Shown here: piece after piece, positions 38,656-48,123 of the stretch
Position numbering within the stretch: the first letter of the stretch is position 1
Layout of the letters: each line of letters begins with the position of its first letter
Assembly (NCBI GenBank): GCA_017619315.1
Contig: JAFZSN010000008.1
Location: 188 to 64,187, forward strand
DNA length: 64,000 nt
Direction: 5' to 3'
DNA from: Candidatus Saccharimonadota bacterium
GTDB taxonomy: Bacteria; Patescibacteriota; Saccharimonadia; Saccharimonadales; Saccharimonadaceae
Program-made: the position numbers and the translations under genes
The notes under the pieces: generated by a model
Told to the model about the DNA's origin: nothing
Databases searched by the model: none
The model's input: only the letters and a program-made list of their open reading frames with translations

Positions 38656-38682
38656 AAAAAGGGCCAGACATCAGTCTGACCC
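38656..38682 (-). terminator. internal terminator/attenuator after SLH-like gene B
   Basis: Minus strand gggtcaga-ctgatg-tctggccc followed by 5 T. Confidence 0.55.
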
Positions 38683-38698
38683 AATTTTTGTAGCTGTC

Positions 38699-39211
38699 TC
38701 AGTTAGCCGAAGCTAACTTTTTCATATTTTTTTTAAACGCACGTCTCACCTCTTTATGATATTTAATCAGACCATAAAAACTTGATGAGATATATGTTTT
38801 TGTGACTTTATTAAGAGTCATAGTTGGTAAGTCATTGCTAACTCCTCCTAATTTTTTTATAATGGCATTGTTCTTTTTTGCAACCCACAAATTAGAAACC
38901 TTCTTATTAAGCTTCTTTTTATCCGCCTTCGTCATCGGCACATTCTTCTTTCCAAACAACCTTCTGGCAATTTTAAAGTAAATTCTACCAGTTATTGGTT
39001 TGTCCGGATAAAAGAACTCACCTTTCACGATGCCCTTATAGGCGCCATATTTCTTTAAAAAAATGATAGCCTTATAATCAACGGAGTTGACGGTCCCATT
39101 ACAAATCACGTCCTTATACGGTTGCTTGGCAGCGGCAAAAACCGGTACCGAAACACCTAACAACAAGGCAGCTACTAACATTAAGACTACAAATTTTTTA
39201 AACATCTTCAT
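38699..39211 (-). CDS. small secreted SLH-like protein, module B
   Basis: Start moved to MKMFKKFVV (AAGGTGGTGA upstream). Signal ends VFAAA. PYKDV...DYKAIIFLKKYGAYKGIVKGEFFYPDKPITGR resembles an SLH repeat. Confidence 0.6.
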   Translation of the reverse strand: MKMFKKFVVLMLVAALLLGVSVPVFAAAKQPYKDVICNGTVNSVDYKAIIFLKKYGAYKGIVKGEFFYPDKPITGRIYFKIARRLFGKKNVPMTKADKKKLNKKVSNLWVAKKNNAIIKKLGGVSNDLPTMTLNKVTKTYISSSFYGLIKYHKEVRRAFKKNMKKLASAN

Positions 39212-39266
39212 GGTATCACCACCTTTCCTATATTTTTTTGATGAGATGTCCAAAAATTCTGCCTTA

Positions 39267-39295
39267 ATTATATCACGCATCCCCATTTTTGTCAA
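39267..39295 (-). promoter_or_regulatory. promoter of surface module B
   Basis: Minus strand TTGACA-17-TATAAT within a block conserved with module A. Confidence 0.6.
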
Positions 39296-39415
39296 TATTA
39301 AACATAAGCAAAAAAATATCAAAAAACACCCACCCCAGTAATTATTCCTATAGCCACCCCCCATAATCCTCAAGCGTCCCCCCAAAAATCCACCCCAGAT
39401 ACTCCCCTAATAATC

Positions 39416-40000
39416 TTATTTAATTATCTCGTCAATAATCCCATATTTCTTCGCTTCTTCGGCGCTCATCCAGTTGTCGCGATCCATATCTTTCTCAACC
39501 TGCTTCAAATCCTTCCCTGTATTTGCGGCAAAAATCTCCGCGAGGCGCTTCTTTAAGAACACCCCCTCGCGTAGCATAATTTCCTGATCAGTAATCTTCC
39601 CCTCTGTACCGGATGACGGCTGATGAATCATAATACGCGAATTTGGCAAACAATACCTCTTGCCCTTCGCCCCAGAGGACAAAAGCATCGCCCCCATACT
39701 CGCCTGTAGCCCAATTCCAATCGTCTCCACATCTGGCTCGATATAATTCATCGTATCAATAATCGCTAACCCATCATACACGCTCCCGCCAGGGGAATTA
39801 ATGTAAAGCTTGATCGGTTTCTTATTATCCTCATGCGCGAGATATAATAGCTGCGCAATCACCAAATTAGCCGTATGCGAATTCACATCCTCCCCAAGAA
39901 ACACAATCCGGTCATTAAGGAGCCTCGAATAAATATCATACGCCCTCTCCCCCTTATTTGTCTCCTCTACCACCGTAGGAACTAAATAATTTTTTGCCAT
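39416..40000 (-). CDS. clpP: ATP-dependent Clp protease proteolytic subunit
   Basis: [14 protein letters not shown], catalytic Ser in GLQASMGA, and MIHQP. Confidence 0.92.
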   Translation of the reverse strand: MAKNYLVPTVVEETNKGERAYDIYSRLLNDRIVFLGEDVNSHTANLVIAQLLYLAHEDNKKPIKLYINSPGGSVYDGLAIIDTMNYIEPDVETIGIGLQASMGAMLLSSGAKGKRYCLPNSRIMIHQPSSGTEGKITDQEIMLREGVFLKKRLAEIFAANTGKDLKQVEKDMDRDNWMSAEEAKKYGIIDEIIK

Positions 40001-40021
40001 TTTTCTCCTTTCGATTCCAAA

Positions 40022-42490
40022 TTACTCTTTAATTAGCTTTAATTTCTTGTTCACGTATTTCAAGGTCGGAATGTCGCCCTTCTTCAAATTCTCCGCAATA
40101 ATCTCCTCTGAGAGCATCGATTCCACCTCGTCCTCAATCTTACGGCGAAGCGGCCTCGCCCCATTCTTCGGATCATAGCCTTCCTCAATCAAATAATTCT
40201 TCGCGGCATCATCCACCTTAATGCCGATCCCCTTCGTAGCGAGTCTCTGTTTAAGGTCATTAATCAAGTTATCGAAGATCTTCTCCACATCTTTGCGCGT
40301 CAAAGCATGGAACACCAGGATATTGTCCAACCTGTTAATCAACTCCGGTCGCATAATCTTCTTGAGCGCCTTCATTGCATAAGATTTATTCTCCTCATAT
40401 TCTTCCTCAAGTAATTTCTTATCTTTCGCCGTCTTCGCTGTGAATCCAAGCTCGCTCTCTCTGTACATATCCGCCGACCCCAAGTTCGATGTCAAAATCA
40501 CAATCGTATTATTGAATTTAATCTTATTACCTTGCCCATCGGTCAAAACACCGTCTTCCAAGATTTGCAAAAGCAAATTAAACACGTCCGGATGAGCCTT
40601 CTCAATCTCATCAAATAGAATCACGGAATATGGCTTGCGTCGCACCGCCTCTGTTAATTTCCCACCATCATCATATCCAACATACCCTGCCGGCGCACCG
40701 ACCAGTCTCGATACATTGTGCTTCTCACCAAATTCCGACATATCAATCTTAATCAAAGCATTTTCACCGCCAAATACTTCCCGCGCAATCACCCGCGCAA
40801 GCTCTGTTTTACCTACACCGGTCGGGCCCATAAATAGGAAAGAACCAATCGGCCTTCTCGAATCTGTGATTCCCGATCGCCCCCGACGAATCGCCTTCGC
40901 TACCGCTCGGACTGCTTCATTTTGCCCAATAATCGACTTATTCAGCTCATCCTCAAGCCCAAGTAGCATCTTCATTTCACTGCCGTGCACCTTAGACACC
41001 GGAATCCCAGTCTTAAGCGATACCGCCGTAGCCAAATTCTCCTCGGTAAGTTTCGGGTTCACCTTATCTTTAACACCGGCCTTCTCTAGAGCCTTAATTT
41101 CTTTCTCCAATTTCGCAAGCTCCGTCTTAAATCCGGCCGCCTTCTCATAATCTTCCTTCTCGGCCGCCTCAGCAATCTTATTCTCGAGTTGCGACTTTTC
41201 AATCTTCATCTTCTTGTATTTACCGCCACCCTTTTTGTCTGCCGCAACCTTCGCAATCGCCGAAGCCTCATCAATAATATCAATCACCTTGTCCGGCATA
41301 AATCTATCGTTGATATAGCGCTGCCCCATCGTAATTGCCGTCTCGAGGCACGCATCCGGTATCACCACCCCGTGATGTTTCTCATAATGCCCCTTAATCC
41401 CCTTCAAAATCCTTAGCGTCACCGCCGCCGATGGCTCTTCCACCATCACCGTCTGGAATCTACGGCTAAGCGCCTTGTCTTTTTCAATTGTCTTACGATA
41501 CTCATCTAGAGTCGTCGCACCAATCAGATTTATCGTATTTCTAGCCAGCGCCGGCTTCAAAATGTTTGCCGCATCCATCGACCCTTCACCAGAACCCGCC
41601 CCGCACAGCAAATGAATCTCATCGATAAAGAGCAGCACCGAATCGTCCCCCACCGCTTCGTCAATCACCCCTTTAATACGCTCTTCAAACTCACCTCTAA
41701 ATTTAGTCCCCGCAACCAGAGATGACAAATCCACCTGATAAATATGTTTTCCAATCAAATTCCCTGGCACCTCATTCTTAGCAATCCGCGTAGCGAGCCC
41801 CTCCACGATAGCCGTCTTACCGACGCCAGCCTCACCGATTAGCACCGGATTTGACTTCGTACGCCGAGAAAGCACGGTCACTACCCGCTCAATCTCGCTC
41901 TCGCGCCCAATCACGGTATCAAGATGGCCCTGCTTAGCTTCTTCTGTTAAATCTTTCCCGTATTTTGTCAAAAACTTCAATTGTTTCTTATTCAAATACT
42001 TCGCTTTTTCGGCCTTCAATTTCTCATCTTTCGTCTGCTCTTCTACCAATTTCTCAATTTCATCCATAACTTTGTCGTTGTCGACCTTAAGCCCGCTAAG
42101 AATCAGCGACGCCCGCGAATTTGGTTGAGAGAGCAACGCATAAAGCATATGCTCCGTCCCGATCACTGTGAGCCCCTGTTCATGAGTATAATTTCGCGCC
42201 ATCCGAAGCGTCAAAATCACCGCCTCTGATAAAGACATCATTGCCATATCCGAGCCAGGTACTTCCACCGCAACCTTGTTTAGAGCCTTTTCTACCTCAT
42301 CAGTAGTCACACCCTCCTCTCTAAGCATCTTCGCACCGGTGGAATTATCCATTGACATAATCCCAAGTAGCAGGTGTTCCGTCCCCATATATCCATTGTT
42401 ATATCTTTTTGCAAAGTAGTCCGATTTCTGCAAAGCGAATCTCGCATTTTCGGACAATTTATTCATTATTTCGCTAAATTCTTCCTGCAT
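40022..42490 (-). CDS. clpC: Clp ATPase, ClpC-type (two AAA+ modules, Clp-N repeats, UVR-like linker)
   Basis: GEAGVGKTA and GPTGVGKTE Walker A. Linker [22 protein letters not shown]-terminal Clp_N repeats. Start is 42490, or the internal Met at 42466. Confidence 0.88.
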   Translation of the reverse strand: MQEEFSEIMNKLSENARFALQKSDYFAKRYNNGYMGTEHLLLGIMSMDNSTGAKMLREEGVTTDEVEKALNKVAVEVPGSDMAMMSLSEAVILTLRMARNYTHEQGLTVIGTEHMLYALLSQPNSRASLILSGLKVDNDKVMDEIEKLVEEQTKDEKLKAEKAKYLNKKQLKFLTKYGKDLTEEAKQGHLDTVIGRESEIERVVTVLSRRTKSNPVLIGEAGVGKTAIVEGLATRIAKNEVPGNLIGKHIYQVDLSSLVAGTKFRGEFEERIKGVIDEAVGDDSVLLFIDEIHLLCGAGSGEGSMDAANILKPALARNTINLIGATTLDEYRKTIEKDKALSRRFQTVMVEEPSAAVTLRILKGIKGHYEKHHGVVIPDACLETAITMGQRYINDRFMPDKVIDIIDEASAIAKVAADKKGGGKYKKMKIEKSQLENKIAEAAEKEDYEKAAGFKTELAKLEKEIKALEKAGVKDKVNPKLTEENLATAVSLKTGIPVSKVHGSEMKMLLGLEDELNKSIIGQNEAVRAVAKAIRRGRSGITDSRRPIGSFLFMGPTGVGKTELARVIAREVFGGENALIKIDMSEFGEKHNVSRLVGAPAGYVGYDDGGKLTEAVRRKPYSVILFDEIEKAHPDVFNLLLQILEDGVLTDGQGNKIKFNNTIVILTSNLGSADMYRESELGFTAKTAKDKKLLEEEYEENKSYAMKALKKIMRPELINRLDNILVFHALTRKDVEKIFDNLINDLKQRLATKGIGIKVDDAAKNYLIEEGYDPKNGARPLRRKIEDEVESMLSEEIIAENLKKGDIPTLKYVNKKLKLIKE

Positions 42491-42499
42491 AATACCCCT

Positions 42500-42528
42500 A
42501 TTGTAGCAAATTAGCACTCCAACGTCAA
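42500..42528 (-). promoter_or_regulatory. clpC-clpP promoter
   Basis: Minus strand TTGACG (42528-42523), 17 nt, TACAAT (42505-42500). Confidence 0.6.
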
Positions 42529-42537
42529 GAGTGCTAA
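42511..42537. promoter_or_regulatory. CIRCE operator (HrcA binding site)
   Basis: Exact TTAGCACTC-N9-GAGTGCTAA inverted repeat, overlapping the -35 of the clpC promoter. Confidence 0.85.
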
Positions 42538-42573
42538 TTCACCAATTTTCAGCCCTGTTTTATACGGGAAAGA

Positions 42574-43365
42574 TTATACTTCTCGAAGAACGGTATATTG
42601 TGCTTCCAACTCTGACCCATAGCCCGTAAAGCCAGGTAGCTCAAACTCCCATTCACCGGCGTCGTTCAGCGTAAATATAATATCGTAGGCAACACTTACC
42701 TCATCGTTGATTATATGTGTAGGCATATATTTAACCCAATAAGCCACTTTGTCATTGCCGTTATATTTAGCGTAAACGTTGGCATAGCCCACTCCATAGC
42801 CAAGCTGCTTCCCAGTAACTGCCTTCACTAGAAGGTCCAAAGCGATATCGCCGTTTAATTCCTTAGCTTCAGTCGGAGTATTGGTGTTATCTTCTTCAGT
42901 GTTTTCACCAGCGTTATTTTCCTCAAGCTCAATAATTCTTTCCGACAGTTCATTGTTTTGGCTCTTCAACGAACTAATCTGCGTGTTTAGTTGCTCTTTC
43001 TGCGTATTCCCATCCATCATCGTCCATACGCCAAAGCCAATCCCACCAACCGCAAGAATTAAGCAAAAGATCAGACCATACAGCATCCCCTTGCCGCTTT
43101 TATTTTTGCTTAAACCCTGTGCCATTATATTTGGTTCTGGCTCTTTGGCCTTAGGCTCTGTTTTCGTTAAATTTGGAGTTGCAGGCGCATTCGCTACACT
43201 AGCAGCCCCGGCAGCCCCGGCCCCCGCCGCGGCGGCACCAGCCACACCAGCTACACCAGCAGCACCAGCCACACCGGCTACACCAGCCGGACTAGCACCA
43301 GCTGCCCCGGCAGCGCCAGCCGCATTTTGATTTGGCGTTCCAGCCACATTTTGATTTGGTTGCAT
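42574..43365 (-). CDS. membrane protein with Ala/Gly-rich repetitive N-terminal tail and coiled coil
   Basis: N-terminus GAAGAAGASPAGVAGVAGAAGVAGVAGAAAAGAGAAGAA, one TM, a coiled coil (LNTQISSLKSQNNELSERIIELEE), and a beta-rich C-terminal domain. Confidence 0.6.
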   Translation of the reverse strand: MQPNQNVAGTPNQNAAGAAGAAGASPAGVAGVAGAAGVAGVAGAAAAGAGAAGAASVANAPATPNLTKTEPKAKEPEPNIMAQGLSKNKSGKGMLYGLIFCLILAVGGIGFGVWTMMDGNTQKEQLNTQISSLKSQNNELSERIIELEENNAGENTEEDNTNTPTEAKELNGDIALDLLVKAVTGKQLGYGVGYANVYAKYNGNDKVAYWVKYMPTHIINDEVSVAYDIIFTLNDAGEWEFELPGFTGYGSELEAQYTVLREV

Positions 43366-43482
43366 ATTGCCCTTCCTTTTAAGTTCTATAATGCTTATGC
43401 AAACATTATATCACAAGTATGCTAGAATGATAATCAGATGGGGTTGCAGTTTAAAAGTAATTGCGGGGAGAAAGGAGGTGTT

Positions 43483-43557
43483 ATGGTTTTTGAGACGAAC
43501 CTAATCTTTGGGTTAATCAAAGTAAAAATTGTCCTCTTCCGAAGAAGAGAACAATAA
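43483..43557 (+). CDS. candidate 24-aa hydrophobic micro-ORF (MVFETNLIFGLIKVKIVLFRRREQ)
   Basis: AAAGGAGGTG ends 2 nt before the ATG. The 3' end forms the hairpin ttgtcctcttc/gaagagaacaa. Lies upstream of the AMP-ligase gene. Confidence 0.25.
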   Translation: MVFETNLIFGLIKVKIVLFRRREQ

Positions 43558-43628
43558 TCCTTAACAACTACTAAAATTCTACCGCACACTCATTACAATG
43601 TCAACCCCATCTCAATAACGGAGGAAAA

Positions 43629-45332
43629 ATGTTAAAAATCAAAGGCCAGAAACGAGATCCACTCGTCCCGCCACTCAGCGTATCAGCACTATTTAACCTA
43701 TCCAGCACTCGCCACTGGAATGACGTCGTCATCAACCAAAAAGAGCTAGATTTTACCAGGCGCGAATTAAAACAAGATTTTCTAACTCTAGCTAAAGCCT
43801 TCCTTGAGCTTGGCATCAAGAAAAAAGATATTATTACCGTCGCTACTGGTCGCTCCATGTACGAGAATGTTGTCATTTTTCTCGCCGCCAACCGCATCGG
43901 CGCCATCGTGAGCTTCCTAGATGAGCGCACCGCCCGCGATACCCTCATCCATTACTTGGAAGAATTTAATTCCAAGCTCCTCATTACTTATAAATATAAC
44001 GATCGCCGCATCCATGAATTAAAACAAGATGTCAAATCCTTGAGATATGTCATCAATCTAGATGGCCGCACTGTCGACGAAGCTGGCCCAGACGACAACC
44101 AAACGGAAGATCTCGAATTCCACGCCTTAGACGGTTTTTGGCTTGGCAAGACCAACATCAAAGTCATCGCCGGCAGATACCATGGCCGCGTCCCGAAAAA
44201 CATGTTTACAGCCAAAAACGAAGCCTTGATTTCCTTCACTTCCGGCTCCACTTCCGGCCCCAAACCCATGGTTTTCACCAACAGAAATCTCATCGCTTCC
44301 GCTATCTACTCTAAAGTCGCCAGCGAAGTCAAAATGTGGGACAAAAACCTCCACACTTGGATGGACTACGTTAAATTTGACTGCCCATACGGCCTCGTCG
44401 TCTCCACCCTCGCCCCGATCTGTGGCGGCGGTGAAGTAATTCTAACTCCCGACATCACTGACGACAACCTGGATTATTACATCGGCAAAAACCCTAACAC
44501 TATCTTTGGCGTCCCCACACTCCTCGAAACAATGCCGCACCTAAGCCCCGACACCGATATCACGAATCTCAAAATGTTTGCTTCTGGTGGCGAACGTCTA
44601 GAGAGAAACACTTCCCTTGAAGCCCTAGAATTCTTTAAATCACGCAGTGTCCACAACGTCAAAATCAGCAACGGTTACGGCACTGGCGAAGCCCTTGGTC
44701 TTATTTCCACCGCCGTCGGCGGCTCCTCCTACAACCCAGACTCGGTCGGCGTAGTTCCGGCCGGAGTCCACGTCATGGTCCTAGATCCCGAAACCGGCGA
44801 AGAATTAGATTTCGGCAAAACCGGCGTCCTCTACGCCACCGGCAAACACATCCTAAATCGCTACTACAACCGCCCCGAACTCGACGACGAAAAAATCATC
44901 ACAGTCAAAGGCCGCAGATATATCAAAACCGGCGACCTCGCCTACGTCACCCCTACCGGCTACGTCACCCTAGTCGGCCGCGCTACCTTCTTTATCAACA
45001 ACCTCCCCGCCAAAGTCTACTACGAAGTCGTTCGCACCGCCGTTTCGAAATCCGATCTTGTCGATAAATGCTATGTCGTCAAAGGCCCCGATCCTAAATT
45101 CAAACTTGCACCATACGCTTTCGTGGTCACCAAAGACGGCAAACCTCATAACGATAAAACCCGCAAGAAAATCCTCGCCACCGCGAGCGAACCATTCAAC
45201 CTCGGCCGCCGCCGCATCACACTAAAAAATTACGAGCTCCCATCAAAAATCATCTTCATGGATGAACTTCCCCTGACTCGCGCCAACAAAACAGATTTCC
45301 GCAAGCTTGAAAAAATAGCCCGCGAGATGTAA
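43629..45332 (+). CDS. AMP-dependent synthetase/ligase (ANL superfamily)
   Basis: AMP-binding motif ISFTSGSTSGPKPMVFTN, plus GYGTGE and YIKTGDLA. Confidence 0.8.
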   Translation: MLKIKGQKRDPLVPPLSVSALFNLSSTRHWNDVVINQKELDFTRRELKQDFLTLAKAFLELGIKKKDIITVATGRSMYENVVIFLAANRIGAIVSFLDERTARDTLIHYLEEFNSKLLITYKYNDRRIHELKQDVKSLRYVINLDGRTVDEAGPDDNQTEDLEFHALDGFWLGKTNIKVIAGRYHGRVPKNMFTAKNEALISFTSGSTSGPKPMVFTNRNLIASAIYSKVASEVKMWDKNLHTWMDYVKFDCPYGLVVSTLAPICGGGEVILTPDITDDNLDYYIGKNPNTIFGVPTLLETMPHLSPDTDITNLKMFASGGERLERNTSLEALEFFKSRSVHNVKISNGYGTGEALGLISTAVGGSSYNPDSVGVVPAGVHVMVLDPETGEELDFGKTGVLYATGKHILNRYYNRPELDDEKIITVKGRRYIKTGDLAYVTPTGYVTLVGRATFFINNLPAKVYYEVVRTAVSKSDLVDKCYVVKGPDPKFKLAPYAFVVTKDGKPHNDKTRKKILATASEPFNLGRRRITLKNYELPSKIIFMDELPLTRANKTDFRKLEKIAREM

Positions 45333-45344
45333 AATGAAATCATT

Positions 45345-46175
45345 ATGATCACAAAAGCTATTATTCCGGTAGCAGGATGGGGCACCCGACGTCTACCGAT
45401 CACCAAGATTATCGAAAAATCAATGTTACCAGTCGGCAACCGCCCTCTCGTCGACTACTCCGTCCAAGACCTCATCAAAGCCGGTGTCAAAGACATCTAC
45501 ATGGTCATCAGCGATGTTGAACCCTGCCAAGTCCAGGAATTCTACAAAGACAACCTCGCGCTTAACCAGTATTTAATTGATCGCGGCAAAGATGACCGCC
45601 TCAAGCTCGCCAAAACTCTTCCTGACGATGTCACGATCCACTACACCGTCCAAAACCCAGCCAGCAAATACGGCACTGCCGTTCCAATCGCACTCGTCAT
45701 GAAAGAATACAACCTTAATGAGCCGGTTCTAGTCTTCATGGGTGACGACTTTGTTTGGAATCCAGGTGGCGAATCGGCCGCTGAAGCTCTTATTAAATCC
45801 ATTCAAGATGATACCGACTCCGCCATTCTCGGCGTCGAGATCGATAAATCCAAAGTCGAGAAATATGGCGTCCTCTCCGAAAAAGATGGTAAATTGACCG
45901 GTGTCGTCGAGAAACCAACCCCAGAAGAAGCCCCATCAAACCTCATCAACGTTTCTAAATACATCCTCTCCCCAGAACTTCTTCATAAAATCACCGAATA
46001 CGTTGATACCCATGATTTCGGCCCATTAGACCAAGAATACCTAATCACCGACCCAATCGATGATTATATCAAAAACGGTGGTGTTATGCGCATCGCTACA
46101 ACCAAAGGTGAATACCTAGATGGCGGTTCCGTCGAAGGCTGGCTCCACGCCAACAACGTAGTCTGCGGCGAATAA
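45345..46175 (+). CDS. UTP--glucose-1-phosphate uridylyltransferase-like sugar nucleotidyltransferase
   Basis: KAIIPVAGWGTRRLPITKIIEKSMLPV N-terminal motif, and VEKP in the C-terminal half. Confidence 0.75.
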   Translation: MITKAIIPVAGWGTRRLPITKIIEKSMLPVGNRPLVDYSVQDLIKAGVKDIYMVISDVEPCQVQEFYKDNLALNQYLIDRGKDDRLKLAKTLPDDVTIHYTVQNPASKYGTAVPIALVMKEYNLNEPVLVFMGDDFVWNPGGESAAEALIKSIQDDTDSAILGVEIDKSKVEKYGVLSEKDGKLTGVVEKPTPEEAPSNLINVSKYILSPELLHKITEYVDTHDFGPLDQEYLITDPIDDYIKNGGVMRIATTKGEYLDGGSVEGWLHANNVVCGE

Positions 46176-46193
46176 TCTCATCACAACAAATCT

Positions 46194-46223
46194 AAAAAAG
46201 CCCCTTCATAAAAGGGGCTTTTT
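46194..46223. terminator. bidirectional intrinsic terminator between convergent genes
   Basis: aaaaaa-gcccctt-cataa-aaggggc-ttttt. Confidence 0.8.
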
Positions 46224-46227
46224 ATAA

Positions 46228-47868
46228 TTATTTGACTACAATCAACGACTCATCCCAGTCTTCAGGATAATCATTAAATCCTGAGAGCACCGCCATCGTC
46301 GCCGCAATATTCGAAAGCCCAGGTTGCCTCAAAGTATTCAACACATACTTTGACTGGTTCGCCGTATCATCACAAATAATACATGGTACTTTATTTGTCG
46401 TATGCGCAGTCTTTGGGTTTCCATTAGCATCCAAAAGTTCTTCCGCATTTCCGTGGTCCGCAACGATAACCATACAACCACCAAGCTCAGCCACCCGAGC
46501 GTAAATCCTCTTTAACCCAAGATCAATCGCTTCCATAGCCATAACCGTCGCATCAAGGTCAGCCGTATGCCCCACCATATCGCCACCCGGATAATTCAGT
46601 CTAACAAATTTAAACTTATCGAGCTTATCTATCACTGCATCAGTAATCTCCGCCGTTTTCATCCACGGCCTCGTTTCAAATGGCTCAGTATAAGATTCTA
46701 CTTCCACAAATTCCTCACCCGGCATTTTTTCGTAACTATTTCCGTTAAAGTAATAAGTGATATGACCAAATTTAACCGTTTCCGACACAGCCAACTGCGA
46801 AACGCCCTTCCCGCCCAAGAATTCATTTAAGGTCTCGCTAATAAATACTGGTTCAACCAGCCTATGTTCCGGCACATGCGTGTCGGAATTATACTCAGTC
46901 ATCCCCACAAAATACACATCATCCGGTGTATAATTCCCACGATTAAAATATGGAAAATCCCAGTAAGTAAAAGCCATTGCAATTTCAATCGCCCGATCTG
47001 CTCGAAAATCAAAATAAATCAACGCGTCACCTTTTTCAATCTTACCTACCGGCTTATCGTCGTCATCCACAATCACAAAAGGTGGTAAATATTGATCTTG
47101 CACATCAGGAGTAAGTCGCCTCAGCGTTGCAATTGCCTCATTCGCATTTTTAAAGAAATAGTCCGCCTCGCCATTCACCATCATATCCCAACCGCGTGCT
47201 ACCATATCCCAATCATTTTCATACCGATCAGCCACACATACCATTCGCCCGCCACCAGACGCGATTCTAATATCAGCATCAGGAAATCGCCTAGCAAAAT
47301 CCTCAATCCTCTGGATATACTTTGGCTCCGCTTGCGGCGGCACATCTCTACCATCAAAAACCGCATGGATCCTCATTTTGCGCACACCTTCTTCATAAGC
47401 TCGCGCAATCATCTGCTCAAGGTGCGAAATATGGCTGTGTACTCCCCCATCCGAAAAAATCCCAGCAAAATGCAAAGTCGCGCTAGGCGCCCCCATATAT
47501 TCATGCAAATTCTCTTTGACATCCCTAATGTTGTTCACCCCTACAATTCGCGAAATAGCCCCTTTCCACGCCTCAGATTCAAACACTTTACCAGTACTAA
47601 AAGCTTCTTCGATATGAGCAATCCCCTGCTTAATAATCCTACCCGCCCCCATCGTATTGTGCCCCACTTCAGAATTTCCCATTTGCCCAGGCAAAAGCCC
47701 AACCGCTTCACCCGAAGCATCAAGCGCTACGTGTAAATATTTTTGGGAAGCCTCACCAAGAAACTTCGTCCTTGCTTTCGATACGGCATTACCCGGTGAA
47801 TCAGGAGAAAGTCCCACACCATCCAAAATTGCGAGCACCACAGGCCCATCAAACTGCAGCTTATCCAT
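46228..47868 (-). CDS. gpmI: 2,3-bisphosphoglycerate-independent phosphoglycerate mutase
   Basis: VVLAILDGVGLS, GNSEVGHNTMGAGR, ADHGNAE. Confidence 0.9.
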   Translation of the reverse strand: MDKLQFDGPVVLAILDGVGLSPDSPGNAVSKARTKFLGEASQKYLHVALDASGEAVGLLPGQMGNSEVGHNTMGAGRIIKQGIAHIEEAFSTGKVFESEAWKGAISRIVGVNNIRDVKENLHEYMGAPSATLHFAGIFSDGGVHSHISHLEQMIARAYEEGVRKMRIHAVFDGRDVPPQAEPKYIQRIEDFARRFPDADIRIASGGGRMVCVADRYENDWDMVARGWDMMVNGEADYFFKNANEAIATLRRLTPDVQDQYLPPFVIVDDDDKPVGKIEKGDALIYFDFRADRAIEIAMAFTYWDFPYFNRGNYTPDDVYFVGMTEYNSDTHVPEHRLVEPVFISETLNEFLGGKGVSQLAVSETVKFGHITYYFNGNSYEKMPGEEFVEVESYTEPFETRPWMKTAEITDAVIDKLDKFKFVRLNYPGGDMVGHTADLDATVMAMEAIDLGLKRIYARVAELGGCMVIVADHGNAEELLDANGNPKTAHTTNKVPCIICDDTANQSKYVLNTLRQPGLSNIAATMAVLSGFNDYPEDWDESLIVVK

Positions 47869-48123
47869 AAGCATATTATAACACAGCTCTCCTACCGGAA
47901 GCTAACTATATTCTTTTTACTTTCACGTTTCCACCAAGTATCACCAATCCGTTCGCATCCTTCCAACTAATCGTACGAATCTCACGCCAATTAATTCTTT
48001 TGACTTCTTTTACGTCTATTTTCTTTACGTTTTTTATATTTATTTTCATGTTTGACCCTTCTTTGACGCTATTATATAACAAGATCATTTTAAACACAAG
48101 TATTTTTATGTTACAATACCAGT

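Noticed and set aside
43195-43330. Short GC-rich tandem repeats, checked as a possible CRISPR array or minisatellite
   Set aside because: The units are about 15 nt, contiguous and without spacers. They sit in-frame inside a coding region (an Ala/Gly tract). This is not a CRISPR array, and no CRISPR-like repeat-spacer structure was seen anywhere in the window.
43601-43948. 115-aa minus-strand ORF
   Set aside because: It is antisense to the well-supported AMP-ligase gene and has no motif or RBS.
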